Under the pieces are notes generated by a model. It was not told the origin of the DNA and did no database searches. It was given only the letters and a program-made list of their open reading frames with translations. A program made the translations under genes and the position numbers. This document shows positions 50,672 to 60,611 of a stretch of 64,000 nucleotides of DNA, one piece after another (position 1 is the first letter of the stretch; each line of letters opens with the position of its first letter). The DNA is from a virus. Location: positions 1 to 64,000 of the IMG/VR virus record IMGVR_UViG_3300021963_000067; one strand, 5' to 3'.

Positions 50672-51172
50672 ATGTTTCTTTGGAAATACATCGACATACC
50701 AAATGAAGAAATTGAATATATAAAAAAATTATATCTAAATAATCTTCCAAATAATAATCATTTTTTTCAACCGATAGATATTGATATTTCTAATTTTCTA
50801 GGTTTAGAAATTCAACGATTTGTGCTTATACAAGTTGAAGCCAATGCAGTCGGAAGAATACATACTGACTGGCGTCCAAACAATTACGGAAATCAATTAG
50901 CACTCAATATACCATTAATAAATTGCGAAAACAGTACTACTTCTTTATGGTCTAGCAATTACGATCCCCCCACTCAATATACAGCCAACGGCCAGCCCTA
51001 TAATTTTTTCAATCCCGACAGATGTATTAAACTTTCAGAATTTAAATTGACAGCTCCTGTAATATTTAGAACTGACGTTCCCCATAGCGTAGATAACCCC
51101 ACATCGGAGATTCGAAAAGCAATCAGTATTAGATTTAAAACAGATCCTTGGCATTTAGTAAATACACCATGA
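50672..51172 (+). CDS. Putative 2OG-Fe(II)/cupin oxygenase
   Basis: IHTD...ALNIP...PHSVDN...R. Confidence 0.6.
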   Translation: MFLWKYIDIPNEEIEYIKKLYLNNLPNNNHFFQPIDIDISNFLGLEIQRFVLIQVEANAVGRIHTDWRPNNYGNQLALNIPLINCENSTTSLWSSNYDPPTQYTANGQPYNFFNPDRCIKLSEFKLTAPVIFRTDVPHSVDNPTSEIRKAISIRFKTDPWHLVNTP

Positions 51173-51786
51173 ACAACTATAGATATATAACAACTCCTAA
51201 AAATTCTATAAACGAACAAGAGTTCTTTACTGATACAGCTATTATAAAAGAACGATGCGCATGTGGGTCGGGGTTCTGGCCGGGAAAATGGCAACACCAC
51301 TCAACTATTTTTACAGAAGAGTTTAAATTATGGCTATTACAATTTAATTGTAAAATTCTTAAAGCTGAGGCCTTTAGAGTATTTCCACATACTGCATTAG
51401 CATGGCATAATGATACCAACGACGATCCTAATGCAGATGATCTAACTCTTAATTTTACCGCTAAAATAAATTTTATGTGGGGAGATTTACAGAACTGCTT
51501 TATGGAATACGGCGAATTATCTAATTCCAAAACTACTGATCGAAAAATTTTTACAAATCAAAGAGGTCGAAGAGCCTATGTCTACAATCCAGCCGCAATG
51601 AAAATTGTTGAAAGATTTTCTCTTGAGAATACGGTACTAATCAATCGCGGCCCAACTCATCGTGTTAGCAATGAATCTGATCAGGATTGGTTATGTTTAA
51701 GTTGTATTATTGTCGACAATGACACTGATAAACCGTTATTATATAGCAAGGCTATAGATTTATTCAAGTCATCTACTATTCTTTAA
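51169..51786 (+). CDS. Putative 2OG-Fe(II)/cupin oxygenase
   Basis: WHND...THRVSN; ATGA-coupled start. Confidence 0.55.
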   Translation: MNNYRYITTPKNSINEQEFFTDTAIIKERCACGSGFWPGKWQHHSTIFTEEFKLWLLQFNCKILKAEAFRVFPHTALAWHNDTNDDPNADDLTLNFTAKINFMWGDLQNCFMEYGELSNSKTTDRKIFTNQRGRRAYVYNPAAMKIVERFSLENTVLINRGPTHRVSNESDQDWLCLSCIIVDNDTDKPLLYSKAIDLFKSSTIL

Positions 51787-51787
51787 C

Positions 51788-52303
51788 ATGATTAACAAAA
51801 AATATATTTTTAAACCTAATATGGAATTAGATATTCCCAGATTAAAAGAAATTGTTTTTAGAAATTTAAATATTGTTGAACCAGATCTAGCTACACATCA
51901 ACGATATGTAGAGAAAGAACCTTATCTAATCGAACTAAAAGAACGTTATCCTTTCTTATCTAGATTATACAATATCTATCCTTCGATGCCCGGAATGACT
52001 ATTCCTATACATATTTGTCCAAATAGGGGTTGCGCATTAAATATACCTATTCAATACACAGAAGATTCTTATACAGTATTCTATGAGCCCAAAGATAAGT
52101 TAGAAATGACCTATAATGTTCCTAGAATTTATCATATCATAGATTCCGAAATGTTAGAAGTATATAGATACACCTTAACAGAACCAGTTATAATGAATAC
52201 CAAGCTACCTCACGGAGTGTTTGGTGGACCAAAAATGACTAGAATAATTATGAGTTGGAGCATCCACGACGACTATGAAATTATGTTAAGTTGTATAACC
52301 TAA
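51788..52303 (+). CDS. Putative cupin/oxygenase-like protein
   Basis: IHIC...ALNIP...PHGV...R (Asp ligand replaced by Cys). Confidence 0.55.
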   Translation: MINKKYIFKPNMELDIPRLKEIVFRNLNIVEPDLATHQRYVEKEPYLIELKERYPFLSRLYNIYPSMPGMTIPIHICPNRGCALNIPIQYTEDSYTVFYEPKDKLEMTYNVPRIYHIIDSEMLEVYRYTLTEPVIMNTKLPHGVFGGPKMTRIIMSWSIHDDYEIMLSCIT

Positions 52304-52852
52304 TTGACTAAAGGCCCATGCTCGCTCTGTACATTGCCAACACACATCACACCTCCCAATTTTTTGTTCTGTACAACTATGAGTAATATGTATTAAGTCA
52401 TCCTGTTTTTCTTTAAACATAATTTTTAAAATATCAGTTTTTAAAAGATTGACAAAGGGAAAAATTATTCTAGCATCTTTTGATTCTTTATCTCGCTTTG
52501 GAGCACCGGGTAAATCATTCAACTCTAGCGGATTTTGATTAATCCCATTAAACAGATAATCAACAGAATAATTGTTAAAAATATCAATCACTGCTGTGGT
52601 ACTTTGAAGTCTATGATGTGCTGTGGGATCTCCTACATAAATTGTATACGGTATAGACGTATTGAATTTTTTATTAAAATGATCAATTATTTTATTCACA
52701 TACAAAGACGACCCGTCAGTTTTATCTATAGTGAATGGTTGTAGTTTTACACTCGGTTGTTGATTTATAATTAGATATAATAATACTGCGCTATCGAGAC
52801 CCCCGGAGAGCATGATTCCGTACGACTTATCTGGATTTAAGTTAAGTTCCAT
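52286..52852 (-). CDS. QueC-like PP-loop ATPase with Zn site
   Basis: MLSGGLDSA; PFVNLLKTDI; THSC...CDVCWQCTER. Confidence 0.75.
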   Translation of the reverse strand: MELNLNPDKSYGIMLSGGLDSAVLLYLIINQQPSVKLQPFTIDKTDGSSLYVNKIIDHFNKKFNTSIPYTIYVGDPTAHHRLQSTTAVIDIFNNYSVDYLFNGINQNPLELNDLPGAPKRDKESKDARIIFPFVNLLKTDILKIMFKEKQDDLIHITHSCTEQKIGRCDVCWQCTERAWAFSQLGYTT

Positions 52853-52906
52853 AATTTATTATTTGTAAAAATATTTATCTGCCAAAATTATTGTGTAAAT
52901 ATAATC

Positions 52907-53410
52907 ATGTTAGTTTATCCTTTAGAAAATATCAATAACTTCGATGTTCTTGCAAATGAAGTACAAACTTTGATTGAGGAAGTAGGGTTGAACAACAACC
53001 AAATAATTTGTCAACAACTTACACCTAATAGTGTAGACTGGACTACCGGGATAGGACGTATAGCTGAATTAGATCATAAAGATGAACATCTTTATAAATT
53101 TGTTAATGAAAATCTTAAAGGGTCAAAATTAGAAGAGTTAATTTTAAAATATGATGCTTTTCGAACTAGGGTAATGATCATGCCTCCCAAGCAGTGTTAT
53201 AGTGTGCATTCAGATCCAACTCCAAGAATACACATACCGATAATTACTAATAGCCAATCATGGATGGTATGGCCCTATTTAAAGGTATGCGAACAAATGC
53301 GACCTGGAAAAGTATATTGGGCAGATACTACTAAACATCACAGTTTTTTCAATGGCGGCGATACTGCTCGTATACATATTGTCATGGGTATAGAGAATAG
53401 CGATGTCTAA
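52907..53410 (+). CDS. Aspartyl/asparaginyl beta-hydroxylase-like 2OG-Fe(II) oxygenase
   Basis: VHSD..PRIHIPI...HSFFNGG..RIHIV. Confidence 0.7.
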   Translation: MLVYPLENINNFDVLANEVQTLIEEVGLNNNQIICQQLTPNSVDWTTGIGRIAELDHKDEHLYKFVNENLKGSKLEELILKYDAFRTRVMIMPPKQCYSVHSDPTPRIHIPIITNSQSWMVWPYLKVCEQMRPGKVYWADTTKHHSFFNGGDTARIHIVMGIENSDV

Positions 53411-54107
53411 TGTTATAGTCCCCCCAGGTATAAGTGGACAGTCGGCTATGTATGATTCGGCTAATACTGATCTCGTAAATTTGTCTAATGAATTAGTTTT
53501 GTCAAATTTAGGAAATGTTGTTCCTCTCAATATTAAAATTAATTGTGAACAATTTATGAATGAGATTAAGCCCTTTGATCAGGACTGGGTTGACTATTTG
53601 CCAAGAACCGATAGACCGAATAATAGGCAGGCACTAGCTCTGACAAACTTGCCAGGAACTGATCATAAAACAAATATCAGTCTTGCACAGGCATCTTATG
53701 CAGCCAAAAGAAAATTAAGTGAATTAGATTTTAGTCAACCTACCGACGTCTACAAGAACTGCACTAGTCTTAGTGGTTTTTTAGATCAGTGGAATCCTCT
53801 TGGTAGAACATTTTTAGTTAAATCGAATATAGGCGGATACTTTGTACCTCACAGAGATCACCCAAGCATGCCTAGAGATGTTTTTAGATTAATCGTATTT
53901 TTAAACAATTGTAATCCTTTAGATTATGATTGGTTAATGGACGATAAAAAACTACAAATAGAAATAGGTAGAGTATATTACATTAATACTCGACTAGCTC
54001 ATAGAACTATTTCTTGGGTAGACAACAGCATTCATCTTATTCTCAATGTGCCGTTTAACACAGAAAACATAAGCAAGGTAGTAGGTAAACTTTACCACAC
54101 TCACTGA
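53403..54107 (+). CDS. Aspartyl/asparaginyl beta-hydroxylase-like 2OG-Fe(II) oxygenase
   Basis: PHRD...GRVYYINTRLAH. Confidence 0.65.
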   Translation: MSNVIVPPGISGQSAMYDSANTDLVNLSNELVLSNLGNVVPLNIKINCEQFMNEIKPFDQDWVDYLPRTDRPNNRQALALTNLPGTDHKTNISLAQASYAAKRKLSELDFSQPTDVYKNCTSLSGFLDQWNPLGRTFLVKSNIGGYFVPHRDHPSMPRDVFRLIVFLNNCNPLDYDWLMDDKKLQIEIGRVYYINTRLAHRTISWVDNSIHLILNVPFNTENISKVVGKLYHTH

Positions 54108-54129
54108 TCAAAATAACAGTTTAATCTAG

Positions 54130-55710
54130 TTAGTTAAGATCAACCCAAGCAGCCCCAGTATATCCTTGAAACTTGGTACCAGTAGTATTAAACACCATCA
54201 TGCCCGCAGTGGGTGCTGTAATAGCTGCATCTCTTGCAGTATCATTTGCATAGACTGCTAATTTAACAGCACCATTAAATGTTGTCTGCCTATTCGAACC
54301 AATCGAAACAGCAACACCAGTAGCTGTAGTTCCTGTTAAGAAATCTATCTTTGTAGGAACAACGCCTGCAGATACTGCACCATCGACTACAGCAGCAATA
54401 GCTGCTCTAACTTGAAAGTTGGCACCGTCGTAGGCTGAAAAAGCAATGTCCACAATGTCATCACCGTTATTTACAACTAGTGGGATTGCGGTAGTTCCTC
54501 TAGATCTAGAGAATTGAAAATTCCTTGCATCGGCAGTGCTGTGCGCTTGTCTACCATTAAAAAATGGTGTTGAGGCATATGTGTTATTAACTAAGTTTAG
54601 TCTTCCATCTTGAACATCATTGCCAATGGTAATTAAGTTTGCAGTAGCAGATCCGTCATCTAATCCAGAAACAAGAGTCAATACATCAACAGGATTAGAA
54701 ATTATCGAAGTGTCAATTGATGTGACTTCTAACGTATTCGTATTTGCAAAATATCGCAATGCAGTATCAACACCAATGTAGCTAGGTGCAGATGTATTGC
54801 CAACAAACGTAATATATGCAGGAGTAGCGTCATCTCGTATGCTAGGACGTAATTCGGTGATATCGGCTGATACATAGACCACTCCTCCCGGAGCAGATCT
54901 AACCTGACATCCTTGATCGCCACGGATTTCTAAGGTGCCACCGTTGGCTATTGTAGTACTAGTAGAATCTTCGGTTGCTACAATGAAGCCAAAGGCTGTG
55001 CCGTTTAGAGTAGATCCTGCTGGTAAACTGACTGGGTTAACAACTGACAAACTAGCAGCACTAATTGATTTTGTACGTGCATTAATAATAAGAGTACTAT
55101 CATCGCCCACAATATTAATATTGTAGTTCATTCCGGCTTCAACACCAGCACCCGATCCTGTTCCAATAGCAACACCGTTAATTGTAGATCCTGCTGGCAA
55201 ATTAACAGCTGATCCTGTAGCTGTAATAGTAGCAGAGCCAAGCTCAATGCTAGAACCACTTAGGTATAGATCTCTAAATCTATTTGATACACTGCCTAAA
55301 TCATATGCTTCATTGGCATTTGGAACAACATTGCCTTTAACTGTTCCGTCCAAATTAACTGCACCTGTTAGTGCATTCAATAATAGTGTAGAATCAGACG
55401 CATAAACTGATCCTTTGAATCCTGGAGCTTCTATAGTACCATCGTAAACGGATAAGTCTATTTGTGAATTTATTCTACCTGTTGTATCGTTGTAGGTAAA
55501 TGCAATGTTATTGTGCGTACCGCTGACTAGCATTGTAGAAGCAATGTCTTGGACGTCTTCTGTGACTAGTGTTCCTGCGGGTAAACCGCCGGCTGTGGTT
55601 CCGTTTCCGATATATAACGAATTTGTTGATGTATCCCAAATAAGCTCACCCACAACTGGGGTATAACTCATTCGATCTGCGGTTGGACCACGTCTGATTT
55701 GTAAGGCCAT
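54130..55710 (-). CDS. Tail fibre protein with Mtd-like N-terminus
   Basis: MALQIRRG...GELIWDT...LYIGNG; YDLGS..RFRDLYLSG; GMMVFNTT..KFQGY. Confidence 0.75.
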   Translation of the reverse strand: MALQIRRGPTADRMSYTPVVGELIWDTSTNSLYIGNGTTAGGLPAGTLVTEDVQDIASTMLVSGTHNNIAFTYNDTTGRINSQIDLSVYDGTIEAPGFKGSVYASDSTLLLNALTGAVNLDGTVKGNVVPNANEAYDLGSVSNRFRDLYLSGSSIELGSATITATGSAVNLPAGSTINGVAIGTGSGAGVEAGMNYNINIVGDDSTLIINARTKSISAASLSVVNPVSLPAGSTLNGTAFGFIVATEDSTSTTIANGGTLEIRGDQGCQVRSAPGGVVYVSADITELRPSIRDDATPAYITFVGNTSAPSYIGVDTALRYFANTNTLEVTSIDTSIISNPVDVLTLVSGLDDGSATANLITIGNDVQDGRLNLVNNTYASTPFFNGRQAHSTADARNFQFSRSRGTTAIPLVVNNGDDIVDIAFSAYDGANFQVRAAIAAVVDGAVSAGVVPTKIDFLTGTTATGVAVSIGSNRQTTFNGAVKLAVYANDTARDAAITAPTAGMMVFNTTGTKFQGYTGAAWVDLN

Positions 55711-55772
55711 ATTAATAACTCCGAGGCAATGTTAGTCTAGTATTTATGCTTTTGTCTATAGATCCTAGAGCC

Positions 55773-55803
55773 AAAAAAATAGGGCTCCGAAGAGCCCTAT
55801 TTT
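55773..55803 (-). terminator. Rho-independent terminator with cUUCGg tetraloop
   Basis: Minus strand ATAGGGCTC-TTCG-GAGCCCTAT followed by T run. Confidence 0.9.
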
Positions 55804-55814
55804 ATGCTACGTTA

Positions 55815-56417
55815 TTACATGGTAGGCCCGTTTCCGTTCCTAAACCCCACTGCACCGCCTTCTGCTTCAATACGCTTTAACACATCTTCAAACAATATGG
55901 GCGCAAAGTCTGGTGTTTGTTCTACGCATACACAATGATATCTAGGATCGATTTCATCGCCGTATAAAACATCACCGGTTTTAGCATCAACTCCACGGGC
56001 CTTACGCACTCGATTTGAGTGTAAATGTCCATGAATGTTAACTCCAAAGCGTCCTAAACTATCGCTATGTACAGGAATGTGACTTAAGATCATTCCGTTC
56101 ATAACATGATAAGCACGTAATTCACGAAAGTGAGCACGATAGTCCTCGTCCTTAAAGATATCGTGGTTACCACGGATCAACACCTTGTCCCCGTTTAATC
56201 TGCGCATAATCGCCAACGCTTTACGGTTAATAACAACATCACCTAAATGGTAGACTTTGTCAGTGGGTTTAACTCGTTCGTTCCACGCTTTAACCATTGC
56301 TTCGTCCATTTCGTCTGGATCTGTCCACGGCCTTAATTTTTCACCGTCATTACGAGTAAACTTACATACGCCCGTGTGACCAAAGTGAGTATCGCTTACT
56401 AAAAATACACTAGGCAT
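55815..56417 (-). CDS. Calcineurin-like metallophosphoesterase
   Basis: SDTH, LGD, GNHD, SH, HGHLH. Confidence 0.9.
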   Translation of the reverse strand: MPSVFLVSDTHFGHTGVCKFTRNDGEKLRPWTDPDEMDEAMVKAWNERVKPTDKVYHLGDVVINRKALAIMRRLNGDKVLIRGNHDIFKDEDYRAHFRELRAYHVMNGMILSHIPVHSDSLGRFGVNIHGHLHSNRVRKARGVDAKTGDVLYGDEIDPRYHCVCVEQTPDFAPILFEDVLKRIEAEGGAVGFRNGNGPTM

Positions 56418-56428
56418 ACTATTCTCCT

Positions 56429-56896
56429 TTATTCAATAGATTTAAATGTTCGCCAATCATCAATGTTTGGCTTTTCGTTTTCATCGTATGTCCAACCCAA
56501 TGCTTTCATCATGCGATGCTTGACTAGTAGGTTAGGACTACGGAATCTTTCTGTATCCTGAAATCCCATCATCACACCTACTTCACATACTGCACCCGAT
56601 CTGCAAATTCCAGCAAAACAGTGAACAACCACATTCATACGATTGTCCAAGGCATGTTGCAGTAAACGAACTAACTCTGCGGCCTGCTCATGACTGCACT
56701 TCATAGCTTCTTCAAGAACATGGTCCTTTTCTTCTACATCCAAAAACTCAAAGTCATGACGCTCTTTGAATTGGTGCTTGGCGTCCGGCCGCCAACTTGC
56801 TGGATCAACAATGCTGATCAGCATACTGTTAGGGCCGGCATCGTGATGAAATCCTGTTGGAATATCACTTGCAGCTACGTTTTCAATCCACGGCAT
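56429..56896 (-). CDS. Cys-based (CX5R) protein-tyrosine/dual-specificity phosphatase-like protein
   Basis: VHCFAGICRS. Confidence 0.8.
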   Translation of the reverse strand: MPWIENVAASDIPTGFHHDAGPNSMLISIVDPASWRPDAKHQFKERHDFEFLDVEEKDHVLEEAMKCSHEQAAELVRLLQHALDNRMNVVVHCFAGICRSGAVCEVGVMMGFQDTERFRSPNLLVKHRMMKALGWTYDENEKPNIDDWRTFKSIE

Positions 56897-57123
56897 TATA
56901 CACGCTCCTTTTTCATTCGGCCAATTCTACTGGCTTTGTTCCAATCGTAGATAACGCCATCTGGACATTTGCCATCGATCACCGAGTCAACTCCAAACTT
57001 ACCTACAATTTCAAATTCGCCGCCTTGTATGGAAACGAACACATTCAATTCTTTGGCGAATGCCATAGCCAAATCTAAGTTGGCAAATTCTGTTTCTTTA
57101 TTTTTGTCTATTACTTTATACAT
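56896..57123 (-). CDS. Hypothetical early protein
   Basis: Start moved to MYKVID, 7 nt after -10 box. Confidence 0.65.
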   Translation of the reverse strand: MYKVIDKNKETEFANLDLAMAFAKELNVFVSIQGGEFEIVGKFGVDSVIDGKCPDGVIYDWNKASRIGRMKKERV

Positions 57124-57129
57124 GCTGTT

Positions 57130-57158
57130 ATTATACAACCTTTAGCCCAATTTGTCAA
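57130..57158 (-). promoter_or_regulatory. Consensus sigma70 promoter (probably leaderless)
   Basis: TTGACA-N17-TATAAT. Confidence 0.85.
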
Positions 57159-57165
57159 GCATGAT

Positions 57166-57185
57166 CTGTTGTAATTTTACAACAG
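57166..57185. promoter_or_regulatory. Palindrome immediately upstream of -35 box
   Basis: CTGTTGTAA-TT-TTACAACAG. Confidence 0.5.
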
Positions 57186-57200
57186 TTAAAATTTAATTTA

Positions 57201-58430
57201 TCAATAGTATTCGACAACTATTCCGGAAACAAAGTTTCGATATTTTTCTTCTACATCGTCCGGTGTACTGCCTGTGAAAATAGCCCAACCGTTATTAAAA
57301 ACTGAGAGATCATTTCTTACCATTTGTATCTTTCCTTTTGGAAGACTTACTACATCTGCAAGGTTGTTTTCTTTAATTTCTATATGTTGAATTTCTTTCT
57401 TTTCAAAGGGCAATTGTCTGAATAAAACAGATTTATTAATTGATAGAGTATAGTCAATTCCATGCAACAACTTGTTAATTAATTTATATCCGTAATCTTT
57501 TTCCCCGGCATGCCACATTAGTGTATGAGATACAGATAACCTTGGAGAAAAATCAATAAAGTGTATCTTATTATTTTTGTCCACTATTATGTCAAGCATA
57601 AATGGACTGTTATCAAATTTTATTTTGTCAAAGAATTTTTTTAGATACTGTGTTGTTTTATCTTGTAATAATCTACTGGAATATTTTGAAGGATATTTCA
57701 ATCCAGTTTCCGCCGCATAAGGATAAGATGTTGATTCGATATCGAAAATAAAATCAAAATATATTTGCTCTTTATAAACATGCCCAATAAAAGAAACAAC
57801 ATCGCCCTCGACATATGTCTGAATCATATACTCATGCATACCTGAGCAGTATTGTAATTTTTTATAATTGACTCCATGCGTTTCCTGATACTTATGGAGT
57901 TGTTCTTCGGTATCAGCAAAAAAATCTATTAGCGATTGCTGATCCTCAATAATTTGTATTCCTACACTAGCGGTGCCAACGCTAGGCTTTACTATGCAAG
58001 GATATTTTATGTTTTTAGGAGGAGTAGATAATGTCTCGCAAGATTCTAAAGTATCATATAACACAGGAAACGGTATTTGTAGTTCATGCCATAAGTTATA
58101 ATAACCTATTTTACTATTAATTAATTTTGCAGTATCTGGAGAAATTCCGTGTAAGTTAAATTTTTTATTAAGTTCAGCAACAACTAATATTGACCGGTCG
58201 CCAAATGCTGGAAAAATACAAGCATAATTATTTTTTTCAAATAAGTGTTCTACAGTTTTTGCAATGCTATTAGTAATGTGTCGATTGGGATATAAACTTG
58301 TAAGTTTATTTAATATTTCAAATTGCATAGCACTTTCCGGAAGTATTACATCAACTTCAACTCCGTGTTGCAACAAATTATCTAAAATAATTAAATTATT
58401 GTAATTAACCAATAAAAATAAAAGTTTCAA
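57201..58430 (-). CDS. ATP-grasp ligase
   Basis: NSK, YPCIVKPSVGTASVG, QTYVEG, IDFSPR; TTG start uncertain. Confidence 0.8.
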   Translation of the reverse strand: MKLLFLLVNYNNLIILDNLLQHGVEVDVILPESAMQFEILNKLTSLYPNRHITNSIAKTVEHLFEKNNYACIFPAFGDRSILVVAELNKKFNLHGISPDTAKLINSKIGYYNLWHELQIPFPVLYDTLESCETLSTPPKNIKYPCIVKPSVGTASVGIQIIEDQQSLIDFFADTEEQLHKYQETHGVNYKKLQYCSGMHEYMIQTYVEGDVVSFIGHVYKEQIYFDFIFDIESTSYPYAAETGLKYPSKYSSRLLQDKTTQYLKKFFDKIKFDNSPFMLDIIVDKNNKIHFIDFSPRLSVSHTLMWHAGEKDYGYKLINKLLHGIDYTLSINKSVLFRQLPFEKKEIQHIEIKENNLADVVSLPKGKIQMVRNDLSVFNNGWAIFTGSTPDDVEEKYRNFVSGIVVEYY

Positions 58431-58466
58431 GAAAGCACCATTAGTAAAACATAATTTAATATTTCA

Positions 58467-59357
58467 TCAATTTGATAGAGCGATGACTGCATTTTTAATT
58501 AATTGTTCTACAGGTTTACGACCAAATTCATTTAACTCGTTAAATTCTCGTATAAAGTCCGCTTGTACAGATCGATCACTCATATATTCTTTTAAAAATT
58601 GTGACCAAAATTTTTCTGCTGCCGGATCGGTATTTTTTGGAAGAATGAATGTAAATGCGTCAACGTCTTGCCAGCCTGGAAGAATACTATTTACAGTAGG
58701 TACATCGGGATATTCTTGTAGACGCTGATTACTGCCAACAGCAATTAATTTAATTTTTCCCGAGTCAATCATTGCCTTAGAAATTAATAATGGTGGGGCT
58801 CCAAATTGAACGTGTCCTCCAGCTATATCTTGTACTAACGGTGCACCGCCTTTATACGGTACCCAGACAAAATCAGGTTTTTTCTTAGACAGTTCTATAA
58901 ACTTTTCTAACAACATTCTTTGTCCGGGTGCACCGAAACCCACTGTTACAGTACCTTTGTACAAGTCTTGAATAGAATTGATCCCGCTATTTTTATGAGT
59001 AATATAGGCCGAAACACTATTTCTAACAGCAGTTACAGTATCTAATTCTGCAGTTGGATTTTTTATTCGTTGTGTTGCAATTGTCCCAACAGTGCCAAAT
59101 GATATATGATACCCGTCTTTAGGCATACCGGCAATTTCATTCATACCAATAAGCCCTTCAGCACCTGGCCTATATAATGGTGTAAAATTTAAACCTTTCT
59201 TGGTTGCATATTTTTCAAAGTGTCTAAATGTTTGATCTACACCTCCACCTGGAGCAAACGGTATAACAACTGTTATAGGTTTAGATGTAGGGTCGAATGC
59301 ATATGCATTTGTAATTGTTAAAATTAACAGTGATACAAAATATTTTAAAATTCTCAT
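58467..59357 (-). CDS. Bug/TctC substrate-binding protein
   Basis: Signal peptide; VIPFAPGGGVD, RPGAEG, VPYKGGAP, PDVPT. Confidence 0.9.
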   Translation of the reverse strand: MRILKYFVSLLILTITNAYAFDPTSKPITVVIPFAPGGGVDQTFRHFEKYATKKGLNFTPLYRPGAEGLIGMNEIAGMPKDGYHISFGTVGTIATQRIKNPTAELDTVTAVRNSVSAYITHKNSGINSIQDLYKGTVTVGFGAPGQRMLLEKFIELSKKKPDFVWVPYKGGAPLVQDIAGGHVQFGAPPLLISKAMIDSGKIKLIAVGSNQRLQEYPDVPTVNSILPGWQDVDAFTFILPKNTDPAAEKFWSQFLKEYMSDRSVQADFIREFNELNEFGRKPVEQLIKNAVIALSN

Positions 59358-59425
59358 TTCGAGATTGCCTCTTTGTTTAATAGGGTATTTATTTTTGCTA
59401 ATTGATATCTTTAATGAAGCTGGTA

Positions 59426-60583
59426 TTAGAGATCACCTAGATAGTAAGGAGGAGACATGATCCATTTATAGGCATTCGGTTGACCGTTTGGATCTAAGAA
59501 CAAAAAATCTTTATCAATATTGTCTAATTGATTTTGATAATAGTACTGCCAGCGATCTACTAGAGAGCTAAATTCGGAATTGTCATAAAACCAAAAATCT
59601 TTGTCCTTTCTAAATCCGCCAGGCTTTGCAGCTTGGAATCGATTAAAGTTCCAATACGGATAGCAAACATCTTTGATAATTTCACTGCAAATTCCATAGT
59701 GCTGACTGGTGTTGATAAACTGTATTTTGTCAGGATTAGACTTAAACCATAAAAATAGTTGGTGGGCCATTTCGTAGGCAAGCAACGGCATGTCCGGAGT
59801 CCAATAAAAATACTCTACATTATTTGAATCGCTGTTTACCGGAACAGCATTTTGTATAAGATCATCTCGAAAATAAAAAAATACCTGATTACCTTCAGAA
59901 TTTTTTCTAAGATAGGGTTTATCAGTACCCCAAATTGCGGCCACACGTTTTCCTTGATCTAACAAATTAATTTCTGTATCTGAGTAAGACTGCATTCTTA
60001 AAAAATTTACAGCACTATGCATGTGATTCTGTGTAGTAAACAAATCATCGTTATACAAATTTGAGTTTGCACGTTCTAACCAATCAGCAGTTATGATTTT
60101 TATTTCAGGATGATGAGTTCTTAAATATTCTAAATCTGGCTTAATAACATAATCCCATTCACTGACAAAATTGTTTGCTCCTGTATCTGTAGAATTAGGT
60201 TTATAAATTCCGTTATCTAAAATTTTATAAGGCCACCTAACAAATACATAATCTAATTTAATATTGTTTTGCAAAAAAGTATGTAAAATGTTGTGGCTAT
60301 CAGATCCACCACTGTAATATAAAATTAATTCATCGTAATTGTCTCTAAGTTGTTGCGCTCGTTCTTTATATAATGTTTTTAATGGAATTTTCCCTAATAA
60401 ATCTTTATTAAAGTTTTTAAAGGTGTCATGATACCACAGGTACCAAACTACACACAGCAATCCTTGTTTACGTAGTCGAGTGGCTTCTAATAGAGCTTGA
60501 ACTTTATTTTTATGGGATGAAATTATTTTGTTTGTATCGGAATGGCAAACACAATACATTCCTTGATGATCTGATCTAGTCAT
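59426..60583 (-). CDS. PP-loop family protein (paralog of 61513-62700)
   Basis: RAQQLRD...YSGGSDS. Confidence 0.7.
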   Translation of the reverse strand: MTRSDHQGMYCVCHSDTNKIISSHKNKVQALLEATRLRKQGLLCVVWYLWYHDTFKNFNKDLLGKIPLKTLYKERAQQLRDNYDELILYYSGGSDSHNILHTFLQNNIKLDYVFVRWPYKILDNGIYKPNSTDTGANNFVSEWDYVIKPDLEYLRTHHPEIKIITADWLERANSNLYNDDLFTTQNHMHSAVNFLRMQSYSDTEINLLDQGKRVAAIWGTDKPYLRKNSEGNQVFFYFRDDLIQNAVPVNSDSNNVEYFYWTPDMPLLAYEMAHQLFLWFKSNPDKIQFINTSQHYGICSEIIKDVCYPYWNFNRFQAAKPGGFRKDKDFWFYDNSEFSSLVDRWQYYYQNQLDNIDKDFLFLDPNGQPNAYKWIMSPPYYLGDL

Positions 60584-60611
60584 AAAACTATTTATAGTTC
60601 ATAAATACCCT

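Noticed and set aside
25268-52852. Complete 7-deazaguanine DNA modification system (QueD + QueC-like)
   Set aside because: No FolE, QueE or DpdA in the window; the two genes are 27 kb apart and the QueC-like protein is divergent. It cannot be excluded for the rest of the genome
54130-55710. Diversity-generating retroelement suggested by the Mtd-like N-terminus
   Set aside because: No reverse transcriptase and no TR/VR repeat pair seen
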